A DNA stretch of 64,000 nt from Bacilli bacterium (GCA_017409025.1 JAFQTN010000001.1:71088-135087), one strand, 5' to 3'; positions 37,391 to 47,436 are shown, counted from the first letter of the stretch. Numbers and translations: made by a program. Notes: a model not told the origin generated them from the sequence alone.

Positions 37391-38383
37391 ATGAAAAGAA
37401 TAGCAATTAATGGATTTGGAAGAATAGGAAGATTAGTTTTTAGAATTATTGATGCAAGAGATGATATGGAAGTAATAGCTATAAATGATCTATCATCAGC
37501 AGAAGAACTAGCATACTTATTAAAGTACGATACTAATCATAGAAGATATACTGAAAATGTAGAATTCGACGAAGAAAATATTATAGTAAATGGTAAAAAA
37601 ATAAGGGTATACAAGGAATTAGAACCTGCTAATTTACCATGGAAAGAGTTAGAAATAGATACTGTTTTAGAATGCACAGGCAAATTTACTAGTAAAGAAA
37701 AAGCTATAGCACACATTGAAGCAGGATCTAAAAAGGTATTAATATCAGCACCAGGGAAAGGTGAAATGAAAACAATAGTATATAATGTAAATGATGAAAT
37801 ACTAACAGAGAAAGATACTATTGTGTCGGCAGCATCATGTACAACAAACTGCCTAGCACCAGTATTAAAAGTGTTAGATGCTAATTTTAAAGTAATAAAA
37901 GGAAATATGACAACAATTCATGCTTATACTAATGACCAAGTAACTTTAGATGTGACACATAAAAAAGGTATATTAGAAAGAAGAGGAAGAGCCTGCGCAA
38001 TGAACATGGTGCCAACATCAACTGGAGCAGCTAAGGCAATTGGAAAAGTTTTACCTACATTAGAAGGAAAAATTTTAGGAAGTTCTATAAGAGTTCCCGT
38101 ATCAGATGGATCACTTATTGATCTAGTTGTAGAACTAAAGAAAAAAGTTACAAAAGAAGAAATAAATAAAAAATTTAAAGAAAACGTTAATGAAACATTA
38201 AATTATACTGAAGACCCAATTGTATCATCAGACATTATATCTTCAACCTATGGAGCAACAGTAGATGGTAATTTAACAAATGTAATTGAAGTAAATAAAC
38301 ATCAATTAGTTCATATAGTAGCATGGTACGATAATGAAATGGGATATTCTTGTCAAATGGTAAGAACACTAGCAAAAATGTAA
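37391..38383 (+). CDS. gap: Type I glyceraldehyde-3-phosphate dehydrogenase
   Basis: INGFGRIGR, ASCTTNCLAP and WYDNEMGYS. Confidence 0.95.
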   Translation: MKRIAINGFGRIGRLVFRIIDARDDMEVIAINDLSSAEELAYLLKYDTNHRRYTENVEFDEENIIVNGKKIRVYKELEPANLPWKELEIDTVLECTGKFTSKEKAIAHIEAGSKKVLISAPGKGEMKTIVYNVNDEILTEKDTIVSAASCTTNCLAPVLKVLDANFKVIKGNMTTIHAYTNDQVTLDVTHKKGILERRGRACAMNMVPTSTGAAKAIGKVLPTLEGKILGSSIRVPVSDGSLIDLVVELKKKVTKEEINKKFKENVNETLNYTEDPIVSSDIISSTYGATVDGNLTNVIEVNKHQLVHIVAWYDNEMGYSCQMVRTLAKM

Positions 38384-38385
38384 CA

Positions 38386-38440
38386 AAGAGCAAAAGCTCT
38401 TTTTCTTTTAAACAAAAAGCTCTTTTTCTTTTAAAATATA
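38386..38440 (+). terminator. Terminator after gap, with tandemly duplicated 3' arm
   Basis: AGAGCAAAAGCTCTTTTTCTTTTA, then AAACAAAAAGCTCTTTTTCTTTTA. The first 24 nt are identical to 56216-56239. Confidence 0.6.
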
Positions 38441-38505
38441 ATATTGATATTATTTAAAACTTATGTTATTATTATAATAGGTAAAAATATAGGTAAGGTG
38501 ATAGC

Positions 38506-39075
38506 ATGGATTTTAAAAAACTAATAATAATTTTAAGTGTCACAGTATCTATAATGTTTGGAGTTCTACTAGGAATAAGTTATGGTTGGTATGCTTATTC
38601 AAATGCAGAATCAAATATAAATGCAAGCACATTAAAAACTGCACCAACAATAGTTTTTGCTCAAACAGAATATATTGAATCAACCCAAAATATGCCAATA
38701 TATGATAGTGATAGATATAAATACGCGAACAAAAATAGCTTTACAGTAACATTAGGAGAAAATCTAATTGAGTATGAAACCGGATTAGAAATTCTATTAA
38801 ATGATATAAACATTTCAAATGAACTTAAAATAGAAAATTATAAATATGAATTACTACAAAACAAAAAGATAATAAGTAGTGGAAATTTTAGTAATCTAGG
38901 TGATATTAAAACAATAAAATTATTACCAATGACAATTATGAAACCTGAAAATTATCCATATACATATGTATATGAACTATATATTTGGTTAAGCGAAGAT
39001 GAAACAGACCAAAATAGTCTAATGAATAAAACTTTTGGTGCAAAGATAGATGTAAATAGTGCAACAAAAAAATAG
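38506..39075 (+). CDS. SipW-type signal peptide protein, TasA/camelysin-like (paralog 4)
   Basis: N-terminus MDFKKLIIILSVTVSIMFGVLLGISYGWYAYSNAE. C-terminus YVYELYIWLSEDETDQNSLMNKTFGAKIDVNSA. Confidence 0.5.
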   Translation: MDFKKLIIILSVTVSIMFGVLLGISYGWYAYSNAESNINASTLKTAPTIVFAQTEYIESTQNMPIYDSDRYKYANKNSFTVTLGENLIEYETGLEILLNDINISNELKIENYKYELLQNKKIISSGNFSNLGDIKTIKLLPMTIMKPENYPYTYVYELYIWLSEDETDQNSLMNKTFGAKIDVNSATKK

Positions 39076-39090
39076 AAAGAAGGCAGTAAA

Positions 39091-39663
39091 GTGAAAAAAA
39101 CAATAGTGTATATTATGATTGCTTTTTTATTGGCAATTACAGTAGTTGGTGTAACTTATGCTTATTATGGTGTAATAATTAATCCAAAAGAAGATTCACT
39201 CACAACAAATGCCCACAAATTTGAAGTTATTTATACTGGCGGCACAGATATTGGGGGAGAATTAGAATTAGTAAATACTAAAGAGGAAGGTAAAAATACC
39301 ACTGTAAATATCAAAATTGCTGAAGGTAGTGTTGAAGCACTAGCAAATATATATATTCATATAGACCAAATGACAGACAATCTAGCATCAAATGCATTAA
39401 GATGGGAAGTTTATAGAAATAATGAAGAACAAAATATCAAAGCCGGAAATTTTATGTATTGTGTGTCAGGAAATATCAAAAAGAAATGTGAAAGTGGAGA
39501 CAAATTATATCTTATAAATGATTATAAATTAACAACTGATGATACCTCTTTTACAGTATATATATGGTTAGATGGAAATTTGGCAACAAATGATATACTA
39601 GGTGGATTTTTTCAAGGATATATTGGAGCAGAAACAGAAACCTTTACCGGTAATTTAGGATAA
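39091..39663 (+). CDS. SipW-type signal peptide protein, TasA/camelysin-like (paralog 5)
   Basis: N-terminus MKKTIVYIMIAFLLAITVVGVTYAYYGVI. C-terminus SFTVYIWLDGNLATNDILGGFFQGYIGAETE. GTG start after GAAGG. Confidence 0.55.
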   Translation: MKKTIVYIMIAFLLAITVVGVTYAYYGVIINPKEDSLTTNAHKFEVIYTGGTDIGGELELVNTKEEGKNTTVNIKIAEGSVEALANIYIHIDQMTDNLASNALRWEVYRNNEEQNIKAGNFMYCVSGNIKKKCESGDKLYLINDYKLTTDDTSFTVYIWLDGNLATNDILGGFFQGYIGAETETFTGNLG

Positions 39664-39718
39664 CTCATAAAGAGTTATTTTTTTTGTCTAAAAAAATATA
39701 ATGTAATAGGTGATAATA

Positions 39719-40843
39719 ATGAAAATAATAATTGATCCTTATCGTGGAGGAAGTGATACTGGAAAAGAAATAGACGGACAATATGAAAAAAATATTCTTT
39801 TAAATATATCAAAATATATGTCAGAAAAATTTAATAACTTAGGTATAACCAACGAATTAGTAAGAAATAATGATATATCATTAACAGATGAGGAAAGAAC
39901 TAGTATTATCAACGAAATAAAAGATAAAAATGATATAGTTATACAAAATAGATTGTCCGATGATAATGAATTTGATATCATTTATCCACTTAGAAACAGC
40001 GATTCACTTCCTAGCCTTATATCAACTTCATTGGAAGCAAGAGGAATAAACGTAGATAAATACTATCAAAGAAGATTACCCACAAATACTACATTGGATT
40101 ATTATTCAGTAATTAGAAATACAAATCCTAATGAAGTTTTAATCATTGAATATTTAGATCCTACAAACTATCAAAATACGGTAGATATTATCGTAGATAG
40201 TATTGATAAGTATATTAAAAAAAGTAACACATATATAGTAAAAAAAGGAGACTCGCTGTATCAAATAGCTATAAAATATAATACAACTGTAGAAAAATTA
40301 AAGAAATTAAATAATATAACAAGTAATTCACTAAGTATTGGTCAAGTATTAAAAATTCCTGTTGGAGAAACAGAAAGTATAGAAGAAAATTCATATACAG
40401 TTCAAAAAGGAGATTCGTTATATCAAATAGCTATAAAATATAATACAAGCGTAGACGAATTAAAAAAGATAAATAATTTATCAAGTAATATTCTAAGTAT
40501 AGGGCAAAAACTAATACTTCCAACAAAAAAAGAAGAATCAACAGAATATGACTATTATACAGTACAAAAAGGAGATTCATTATATCAAATATCAAAAAAA
40601 TATAATATAACTGTAGATGAATTAAAAAAATTAAATAATATAACAAGTAATTTACTAAGCATAGGAGAAAAGTTAAAAGTACCCAAAACAGAGCTAGGAT
40701 ATATAATGTATACAGTACAAAAAGGAGATTCATTATATCAAATATCAAAAAAATATAACGTAACAGTTAACGACATAAAAAGTTTAAACAATATAACAAG
40801 TAATGTATTAAGTATTGGTCAAGAACTAAAAATACCTAGGTGA
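39719..40843 (+). CDS. Amidase_3-like domain (degenerate metal site) + four LysM repeats
   Basis: IDPYRGGSD / IVIQNRLS / VLIIEYLDPTN replace DPGHGG / SIHxNA / ALIEVGF. There are four copies of Y.V.KGDSLYQI..KYN..V..LK..NN..SN.LSIGQ.L.(I/V)P. Confidence 0.7.
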   Translation: MKIIIDPYRGGSDTGKEIDGQYEKNILLNISKYMSEKFNNLGITNELVRNNDISLTDEERTSIINEIKDKNDIVIQNRLSDDNEFDIIYPLRNSDSLPSLISTSLEARGINVDKYYQRRLPTNTTLDYYSVIRNTNPNEVLIIEYLDPTNYQNTVDIIVDSIDKYIKKSNTYIVKKGDSLYQIAIKYNTTVEKLKKLNNITSNSLSIGQVLKIPVGETESIEENSYTVQKGDSLYQIAIKYNTSVDELKKINNLSSNILSIGQKLILPTKKEESTEYDYYTVQKGDSLYQISKKYNITVDELKKLNNITSNLLSIGEKLKVPKTELGYIMYTVQKGDSLYQISKKYNVTVNDIKSLNNITSNVLSIGQELKIPR

Positions 40844-40952
40844 ATATTTAATGCCTTAATGAATATAATTAAGTATCACTACATGTGATAGAAAGAACAC
40901 AAGCGTTTGTGTTTTTTTCTATATAATGATATAATTTATCTGAGGTATATGT

Positions 40953-41609
40953 ATGAAAAAAATAATAAAATATTTAATATTTTCAGTATTAGTAGTAATA
41001 ATTTTAGTTTTAACAATAAATTTATACATAATTTTAGTTACTAAATCTAAAATAAAAACAATTGATAAAATAAATGATAAAGATATAGATTGTATCATTG
41101 TGCTAGGTGCCGGAATTAGAGGAGATAATCCTAGTCCAATGTTAGAAGATCGCTTATTAACTAGTGTTGATTTATATATTCAAAATATTTCAAATAAAAT
41201 TATTGTTAGTGGTGATCATGGACAAATCAATTATGATGAAGTTAATGTTATGAAAAATTACTTAATAGAAAAAGATATTCCTAGTGAAAATATTTTTATG
41301 GACCATGCGGGATTTTCAACATATGACAGTATCTATCGCGCAAAAGAAATATTTAAGGCAAAAAAGGTAGTTATTATAACTCAAAAATATCATTTGTATA
41401 GAGCTTTATATATTGCCAAAGAATTAGACTTAGAATCATATGGTGTAATTGCCAACAAAAGACCATATGCAAACCAATTGATAAGGGATATTAGAGAAAT
41501 AGCAGCAAGAATTAAAGATTTTATTAAATGTATATTTAAACCTAAAGCTAAATATTTGGGCGAAACAATATCAGTAAGTGGTAATGGAGATATAACTAAC
41601 GATAAATAA
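40953..41609 (+). CDS. SanA/YdcF (DUF218) family protein
   Basis: TM helix + DCIIVLGAGIRGDNPSPMLEDRL..VSGDHG..YDEVNVMKNYL. Confidence 0.65.
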   Translation: MKKIIKYLIFSVLVVIILVLTINLYIILVTKSKIKTIDKINDKDIDCIIVLGAGIRGDNPSPMLEDRLLTSVDLYIQNISNKIIVSGDHGQINYDEVNVMKNYLIEKDIPSENIFMDHAGFSTYDSIYRAKEIFKAKKVVIITQKYHLYRALYIAKELDLESYGVIANKRPYANQLIRDIREIAARIKDFIKCIFKPKAKYLGETISVSGNGDITNDK

Positions 41610-41777
41610 TAAATATTCATAACATCATAAATACAAATTTATAAAAATTATTTACAATAAGTAGATATTAATCTGCTTTTTAATTTTAATAAATTTTAAA
41701 ATTTCTCCATAAATATACAAAAAGTTTACTATTAGTTAAAAAATATGTTATAATATATTGCGTTTGGGAGTGGTAGT

Positions 41778-42803
41778 GTGAAAACGGATGATTTTGATTA
41801 TAATTTACCAGAAGAATTAATTGCACAAACGCCTTTAGTTAAAAGAGATGACTCTAAACTAATGGTTTTAGATAAACAAACTGGTGATATTAAACATGAA
41901 GTATTTCATAACATAATTAATTATTTAGAAAAAGATGATATTTTAGTTTTGAATGATACCAAAGTAATGCCTGCTAGAATAATTGGTGAAAAAGAAGATA
42001 CCAAAGCAGTTATAGAACTTTTATTACTGAAAAATTTAGAAAAAGATAGTTGGGAATGTTTAGCAAAACCGGCAAAGCGAATTAAAGTGGGAACTACAAT
42101 AAGCTTTGGAAATGGTTTGTTAAAAGCAATATGTATTGGTATAGGTGAAGAAGGCATCAGAATGCTGAAATTTGAGTATGATGGAATTTTCTATGAAATT
42201 TTAGACAAACTTGGAAGCATGCCATTGCCACCATATATTAAGGAAAAATTAAAGGATAAAGATAGATATCAAACCGTATATGCAAAAAATATTGGTTCAG
42301 CAGCATCTCCGACTGCAGGTTTGCATTTTACTAAAGAATTGTTGTCAAAAATAGAAAATAAAGGAATAAAAATATGTTATATAACATTACATGTAGGGCT
42401 TGGGACTTTTAGACCAGTTAATGTTGAAGATGTTAAAACGCATAAAATGCATAGTGAATTTTATAGTATGAATAAGGAAGTCGCTGAAATTCTAAATAAC
42501 GCAAAAAAAGAAGAAAAAAGAATAGTATCAGTCGGAACAACAACAACAAGAACATTAGAAACAATAATGACAAAGTATAAAACATTCAAAGAAATTTCTG
42601 GATGGACTGACATTTTTATATATCCTGGATATGAATTTAAAGCAATAGACGCACAGATAACAAATTTCCATCTTCCAAAATCGACACTAATCATGCTAGT
42701 ATCTGCTTTCGCCACTAAAGAGATAATTATAAATGCCTACAATGAAGCGGTAAAAAATAAATATCGATTCTTCTCATTTGGTGATTCCATGTTAATAAAA
42801 TAA
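41778..42803 (+). CDS. queA: S-adenosylmethionine:tRNA ribosyltransferase-isomerase
   Basis: [20 protein letters not shown] and AGLHFT. GTG start after GGGAG. Confidence 0.93.
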   Translation: MKTDDFDYNLPEELIAQTPLVKRDDSKLMVLDKQTGDIKHEVFHNIINYLEKDDILVLNDTKVMPARIIGEKEDTKAVIELLLLKNLEKDSWECLAKPAKRIKVGTTISFGNGLLKAICIGIGEEGIRMLKFEYDGIFYEILDKLGSMPLPPYIKEKLKDKDRYQTVYAKNIGSAASPTAGLHFTKELLSKIENKGIKICYITLHVGLGTFRPVNVEDVKTHKMHSEFYSMNKEVAEILNNAKKEEKRIVSVGTTTTRTLETIMTKYKTFKEISGWTDIFIYPGYEFKAIDAQITNFHLPKSTLIMLVSAFATKEIIINAYNEAVKNKYRFFSFGDSMLIK

Positions 42804-42850
42804 ACAATAAGTGTAAAATTTGTGTCAAATTAACAAAAAGTTAAATAAAT

Positions 42851-42887
42851 AAAAAGTAATCTACAAGTTTTTTAGGAATATTACTAT
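42851..42887 (+). promoter_or_regulatory. com-box-like bipartite promoter, copy C (dnaG-sigA-trmK)
   Basis: AAAAAGTAAT (42851-42860), 12-nt spacer, TAGGAATATTAC (42873-42884). Confidence 0.4.
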
Positions 42888-42899
42888 TGGAGGGACAAA

Positions 42900-44630
42900 A
42901 TGAATATTACCAACGAACTAATAAATGAAATCAGAAATAAAATTGATATTGTTGAAATTGTATCTAATTATGTCCCACTTACACAAAGAGGTAAAAATTA
43001 TTTTGGTGTATGCCCATTTCATGATGACCATTCGCCTAGTATGAGTGTCTCAAGGGAAAAACAAATATATACATGCTTTTCATGTGGAGCTACAGGAAAT
43101 GTATTTACATTCGTATCAGAATATGAACATATTAATTTCTATGAAGCGGTTAAACTACTAGGAAATAAAATAGGTTACAACTTAGGAATTTCTAAGGTTA
43201 CAAAAAGTAGTGAAGATAAATCGCTAGAAATATATGATTCGGCATGCAAATTTTATCAAAATAATCTGAATACAGCACTAGGAAAAAATGCTTATGAATA
43301 TTTAGAAAAAAGAAAAATAGATAAAGAAACAATTAAAAAGTTTAAAATTGGTTTATCTTTATCCAAGGTGTCATTAACAGATTATCTACTTAATAAAAAA
43401 GTTTCTCTAAAGGAATTAATATCTTTAGGAATAAGCAACGAAAATGGTAGCGATTTATTTATAAATAGAATAATCTTCCCATTATATGATTTACAGGGAA
43501 ATGTCGTAGCATTTTCTGGTAGAATTTATAACACTAAAGATTCAAGTAAATATATAAATACTAAAGAAACAAAAATCTTTAAGAAAGGTAATTTATTATA
43601 TAATTACCATCAAGCCAAAGACATTTTAAAGAAGAGTGAATCAATCATTGTAATGGAAGGATTTATGGATGTAATAAGAGCATCTACAATAGGAATCGAT
43701 AATTGCGTGGCAACAATGGGGACAGCTTTTACTAAACAACATGCAAATTTATTAAGAAAAATGACAGATAATATTGTATTATGTTTTGATGGTGATGAAG
43801 CAGGAGCAGAAGCAACAACAAGTGCTATTGAAATTTTAAAAGAAATAAATGTAACACCAAAAGTAATAAGATTAGAGGAAAATTTAGACCCCGATGAATA
43901 TATTCTAAAATATGGTGCAGCTAGTTTTAAAGCAAAAATAAATAACACTGAAAGTGCCATTGAATTCTTAATGAAACTACATAGATCAAATAAAAATTTA
44001 AAAGATTTAAATGATGTTTCAAAATATATAGATGAATCATTAAAAGAACTTATAAATACTAATGATGAAATTCTAGTAGAACTAACACTAAAAAAAATGG
44101 TAGCAGAATTTAATATAGAGTATGATACATTAAAAAAGAAATATGATTTTCTAATTAAAGAAAAAAATAAAGAAAACAAAAGAGATAATGTATACGAAGT
44201 AAAGCCAAAAACTAAATATGATAAATATAGTAAAGCAGCAAGAACATTGATTCATTACATGATAAAAAATCAATCAATTATTGATTTAGTAGAATCTAAA
44301 ATAACATATTTTAAAGAAGATGAAATTAGAATCTTATCAAATGAAATAATATATTATTATCATAAATATGGAATTTTCAATATAGCTGATTTTATTAGTT
44401 ATATATCTAATAAAGACGAAATATTAAAAACATTTAATGAAATTATAAATATGGATTTGAAAGAAAAATATAGTAAAGAAGAAATAGAGGACTATATAAA
44501 AGTAATTAACTCATATCCAATAAATAAAAAAACAGATGAATTAAATCAAAAATTAAAAGAAGAAAAAGATCCGATAAAACAAGCAAAAATACTATCAGAA
44601 ATTTTAATATTAAAGGGAGTGAAACAATGA
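42900..44630 (+). CDS. dnaG: DNA primase
   Basis: Zinc finger [18 protein letters not shown] and [21 protein letters not shown]. Confidence 0.95.
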   Translation: MNITNELINEIRNKIDIVEIVSNYVPLTQRGKNYFGVCPFHDDHSPSMSVSREKQIYTCFSCGATGNVFTFVSEYEHINFYEAVKLLGNKIGYNLGISKVTKSSEDKSLEIYDSACKFYQNNLNTALGKNAYEYLEKRKIDKETIKKFKIGLSLSKVSLTDYLLNKKVSLKELISLGISNENGSDLFINRIIFPLYDLQGNVVAFSGRIYNTKDSSKYINTKETKIFKKGNLLYNYHQAKDILKKSESIIVMEGFMDVIRASTIGIDNCVATMGTAFTKQHANLLRKMTDNIVLCFDGDEAGAEATTSAIEILKEINVTPKVIRLEENLDPDEYILKYGAASFKAKINNTESAIEFLMKLHRSNKNLKDLNDVSKYIDESLKELINTNDEILVELTLKKMVAEFNIEYDTLKKKYDFLIKEKNKENKRDNVYEVKPKTKYDKYSKAARTLIHYMIKNQSIIDLVESKITYFKEDEIRILSNEIIYYYHKYGIFNIADFISYISNKDEILKTFNEIINMDLKEKYSKEEIEDYIKVINSYPINKKTDELNQKLKEEKDPIKQAKILSEILILKGVKQ

Positions 44631-45730
44631 TAGAAGAAATAAAAACATATGAAGATAGAAAAATAGAACTAATTCAAAAAGGAAAAGAAACTGGATATAT
44701 TACATATGAACAATTAGCGACATCTCTAAAAGGGTTGGATTTAGATAGTGATTCTCTAGATGACTTATATAATAGTTTAATGGAAGCTAATATTCAAGTA
44801 GTAACCGATGAGGAATTAGCAGGAACCGAAGAAGATGAAAATCCAGCAGATGGTGGAATAGAAGATTTATTAAAAGATGACAGTCTAGCTAAAGAATTAA
44901 CAATTAATGATCCAGTTAGAATGTATTTAAAAGAAATAGGTAAGATAAGTCTTTTAACCCTAGAAGAAGAAACAGAATTATCAGCAAGAATTGTAGCTGG
45001 AGATGAAGATGCTAAAAACAAATTAGCTGAATCAAATTTAAGATTAGTAGTATCAATTGCTAAAAGATATGTTGGAAGAGGAATGCTTTTTTTAGACTTA
45101 ATCCAAGAAGGAAATATTGGATTAATGAAAGCAGTGGAAAAATTTGATGCAGAAAAAGGATATAAATTCTCAACATATGCTACATGGTGGATAAGACAAG
45201 CCATAACAAGAGCAATTGCTGATCAAGCAAGAACCATCAGAGTACCAGTTCACATGGTTGAAACAATCAATCGATTGTCAAGATTTCAAAGACAACTGAC
45301 TCTAGAATTAAATAGAGAACCAACAGAAGAAGAATTAGCTAAAAAAATGCACTTATCATTAGAAAAAGTAAGAGAAGTAATAAAAATTGCTCAAGAACCA
45401 GTTTCTTTAGAAACACCAATTGGTGAAGAAGATGACTCACACTTAGGAGATTTTGTAAAAGACGAAAGAACTATGTCACCGGAAGAATACACTGTTCACG
45501 AATTGTTAAAAGATGAAATTTCTGATGTATTACTAACTTTGACAGAAAGAGAAGAACAAGTATTAAGACTTAGATTCGGATTAGATGATGGCTGCTGCAA
45601 AACACTTGAAGAAGTAGGGCAAATGTTTGGGGTAACAAGAGAAAGAATAAGACAAATTGAAGCAAAGGCCTTAAGAAAATTACGTCATCCATCAAGAAGT
45701 AGAAAATTAAAGGATTTCTTAAATGATTAA
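44627..45730 (+). CDS. sigA: Primary sigma factor SigA/RpoD
   Basis: [28 protein letters not shown] and region 4 [23 protein letters not shown] overlap with dnaG. Confidence 0.95.
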   Translation: MIEEIKTYEDRKIELIQKGKETGYITYEQLATSLKGLDLDSDSLDDLYNSLMEANIQVVTDEELAGTEEDENPADGGIEDLLKDDSLAKELTINDPVRMYLKEIGKISLLTLEEETELSARIVAGDEDAKNKLAESNLRLVVSIAKRYVGRGMLFLDLIQEGNIGLMKAVEKFDAEKGYKFSTYATWWIRQAITRAIADQARTIRVPVHMVETINRLSRFQRQLTLELNREPTEEELAKKMHLSLEKVREVIKIAQEPVSLETPIGEEDDSHLGDFVKDERTMSPEEYTVHELLKDEISDVLLTLTEREEQVLRLRFGLDDGCCKTLEEVGQMFGVTRERIRQIEAKALRKLRHPSRSRKLKDFLND

Positions 45731-46385
45731 ACTATCAACAAGACTAGAAGCAATTTCTAGTCTTGTTCCAAATAAGAGTAAAGTAATTGATGTTGGATGT
45801 GATCATGGACTTTTAGATATCTATTTGTATCAAAAAAAAATAAGTGATAAAATAATCGCTTCAGATATTAATGAGAATGCCTTAAAAAATGCTAAAGAAA
45901 ATATTGAAAAAAATAAATTAGAAAAACTAATTGAAACCAGACTAGGCAATGGCTTGGATACATTATATGAAACTGACGAAATAGATACAATTATTATATC
46001 TGGAATGGGTGCACATACTGCCGTAGATATTTTAAAAAATAATCTGCAAAAATTAGAAAAAATTAAGACAATTATAATACAAAGTAATACTAAATTAGAA
46101 TTTTTAAGAAAAGAAATAATAAAAATAAATTATTTAATTGAAGACGAAATTTTAATCGAAGATAATAAAAAAATATATACAATTATTAAATTTCGAAAAG
46201 GAAAGAAAAAATATTCTAAAAAAGAATTATATTTTGGTCCAATACTATTAAAAAAGAATACTAAGTTATTCCAAAATAACAATAAATTAGAATTAGAAAA
46301 ACTATATCTATTGCTAAAATTATTACCTAAAAATAAAATAATAGACAGATATAAAATAAAAAAGAAGATAAGTATGTATGAATAA
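45723..46385 (+). CDS. trmK: tRNA (adenine22-N1)-methyltransferase TrmK
   Basis: [13 protein letters not shown]...[15 protein letters not shown], plus the conserved position after sigA. Confidence 0.8.
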   Translation: MIKLSTRLEAISSLVPNKSKVIDVGCDHGLLDIYLYQKKISDKIIASDINENALKNAKENIEKNKLEKLIETRLGNGLDTLYETDEIDTIIISGMGAHTAVDILKNNLQKLEKIKTIIIQSNTKLEFLRKEIIKINYLIEDEILIEDNKKIYTIIKFRKGKKKYSKKELYFGPILLKKNTKLFQNNNKLELEKLYLLLKLLPKNKIIDRYKIKKKISMYE

Positions 46386-46419
46386 ATATACAATTGATAT
46401 CTTCTTTTTTTTATAAAAG

Positions 46420-46445
46420 AAAAAAGTAACATATAGTTACTTCGA
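46420..46445 (-). terminator. Terminator of the minus-strand tRNA operon
   Basis: AAGTAAC/GTTACTT hairpin, followed on the minus strand by a T-run. Confidence 0.55.
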
Positions 46446-46454
46446 CATACAAGA

Positions 46455-46530
46455 TGGTGTCCCGTATGCGATTCGAACGCATGACCCTTTGATTAAAAGT
46501 CAAATGCTCTACCGGCTGAGCTAACGGAAC
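46455..46530 (-). tRNA. tRNA-Lys (UUU)
   Basis: Reverse complement GTTCCGT..TTTGA CTTTTAA TCAAA..GTTCGAATC..ACGGGAC-A-CCA. Confidence 0.85.
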
Positions 46531-46539
46531 ATAAATAAT

Positions 46540-46614
46540 TGGTTGCCTCGGCTAGACTCGAACTAGCGAATGTCACAGTCAAAGTGTGATGCCTTACCGC
46601 TTGGCTACGAGGCA
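46540..46614 (-). tRNA. tRNA-Gln (UUG)
   Basis: Reverse complement TGCCTCG..TCACA CTTTGAC TGTGA..GTTCGAGTC..CGAGGCA-A-CCA. Confidence 0.85.
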
Positions 46615-46637
46615 ATGTAATTCTAACCAAAACAAAG

Positions 46638-46721
46638 TGGTGGAGGGAGATGGATTTGAACCATCGAACCCGAAAGAACAGATTTACAGTCTGCCGCGTT
46701 TGACCACTTCGCTATCCCTCC
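46638..46721 (-). tRNA. tRNA-Tyr (GUA), long variable arm
   Basis: Reverse complement GGAGGGA..GCAGA CTGTAAA TCTGT + variable arm..GGTTCAAATCC..TCCCTCC-A-CCA. Confidence 0.85.
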
Positions 46722-46731
46722 AAAAAAAAGA

Positions 46732-46807
<76 letters not shown>

Positions 46808-46815
46808 AAAATCGA

Positions 46816-46892
46816 TGGTGGGCGATATAGGACTCGAACCTATGACCCCCTGCTTGTAAGGCAGATGCTCTAACCAACTGAGCTAATCGCCC
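46816..46892 (-). tRNA. tRNA-Val (UAC)
   Basis: Reverse complement GGGCGAT..CTGCC TTACAAG GCAG(G)..GGTTCGAGTCC..ATCGCCC-A-CCA. Confidence 0.85.
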
Positions 46893-46935
46893 ATCGATTA
46901 AATCAGATACAACTTATGTCGCACTGACAATTAAT

Positions 46936-46964
46936 AATATATCACTTGTTTCAATTTATGTCAA
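46936..46964 (-). promoter_or_regulatory. SigA-type promoter of the Val-Thr-Tyr-Gln-Lys tRNA operon
   Basis: On the minus strand: TTGACA (46964-46959), 17-nt spacer, TATATT (46941-46936). Confidence 0.45.
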
Positions 46965-46973
46965 CACTTTTTT

Positions 46974-47333
46974 TTACATTTTATCCATAATTTCTTTAAT
47001 TTTTTCGTTGATCCATAAATCTAAATGTTCTTTCAATGGTTCAAATCCATTTGAAAAATTGTCTTCACTACTGATAATCTTCCCATCATTTCTATAATCG
47101 ATATTTTTAATACTAAGTTTAAATTTATTATTTTCCACATCAACATCGACAACTTGAGCATATATTTTATCTTTTATTTTAATATAATCGTTAATATTTT
47201 TTACATAACCACTAGATATCTCAGAAATATGAATAAGACCATCATATTTATCATTTATCAATACAAATGCTCCATATTTTTGAATACCTGTAACTGTAAC
47301 TTTAATTATATCATTAACTTTAATATCATCCAT
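46974..47333 (-). CDS. S1 RNA-binding domain protein (YugI / general stress protein 13-like)
   Basis: VTVTGIQKYGAFVLINDKYDGLIHISEISSGYVKNINDYIKIKDKIYAQVVDVD. Confidence 0.75.
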   Translation of the reverse strand: MDDIKVNDIIKVTVTGIQKYGAFVLINDKYDGLIHISEISSGYVKNINDYIKIKDKIYAQVVDVDVENNKFKLSIKNIDYRNDGKIISSEDNFSNGFEPLKEHLDLWINEKIKEIMDKM

Positions 47334-47436
47334 TATTCTTCCTCTTTTCTCAAAGTATTATAACATTAAATTAATGAAATTCCTATATTTAGTTGAAAAA
47401 AATTGAAAAAAACATTATACTTGATATGGTGATTAT

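Noticed and set aside
40240-40840. Regularly spaced ~150-nt DNA repeats; could be mistaken for a CRISPR or other tandem array. The same applies to the repeats at 21430-22440.
   Set aside because: They are in-frame coding repeats (four LysM modules; six Big_2 modules). There is no short-repeat/unique-spacer structure and no cas genes.
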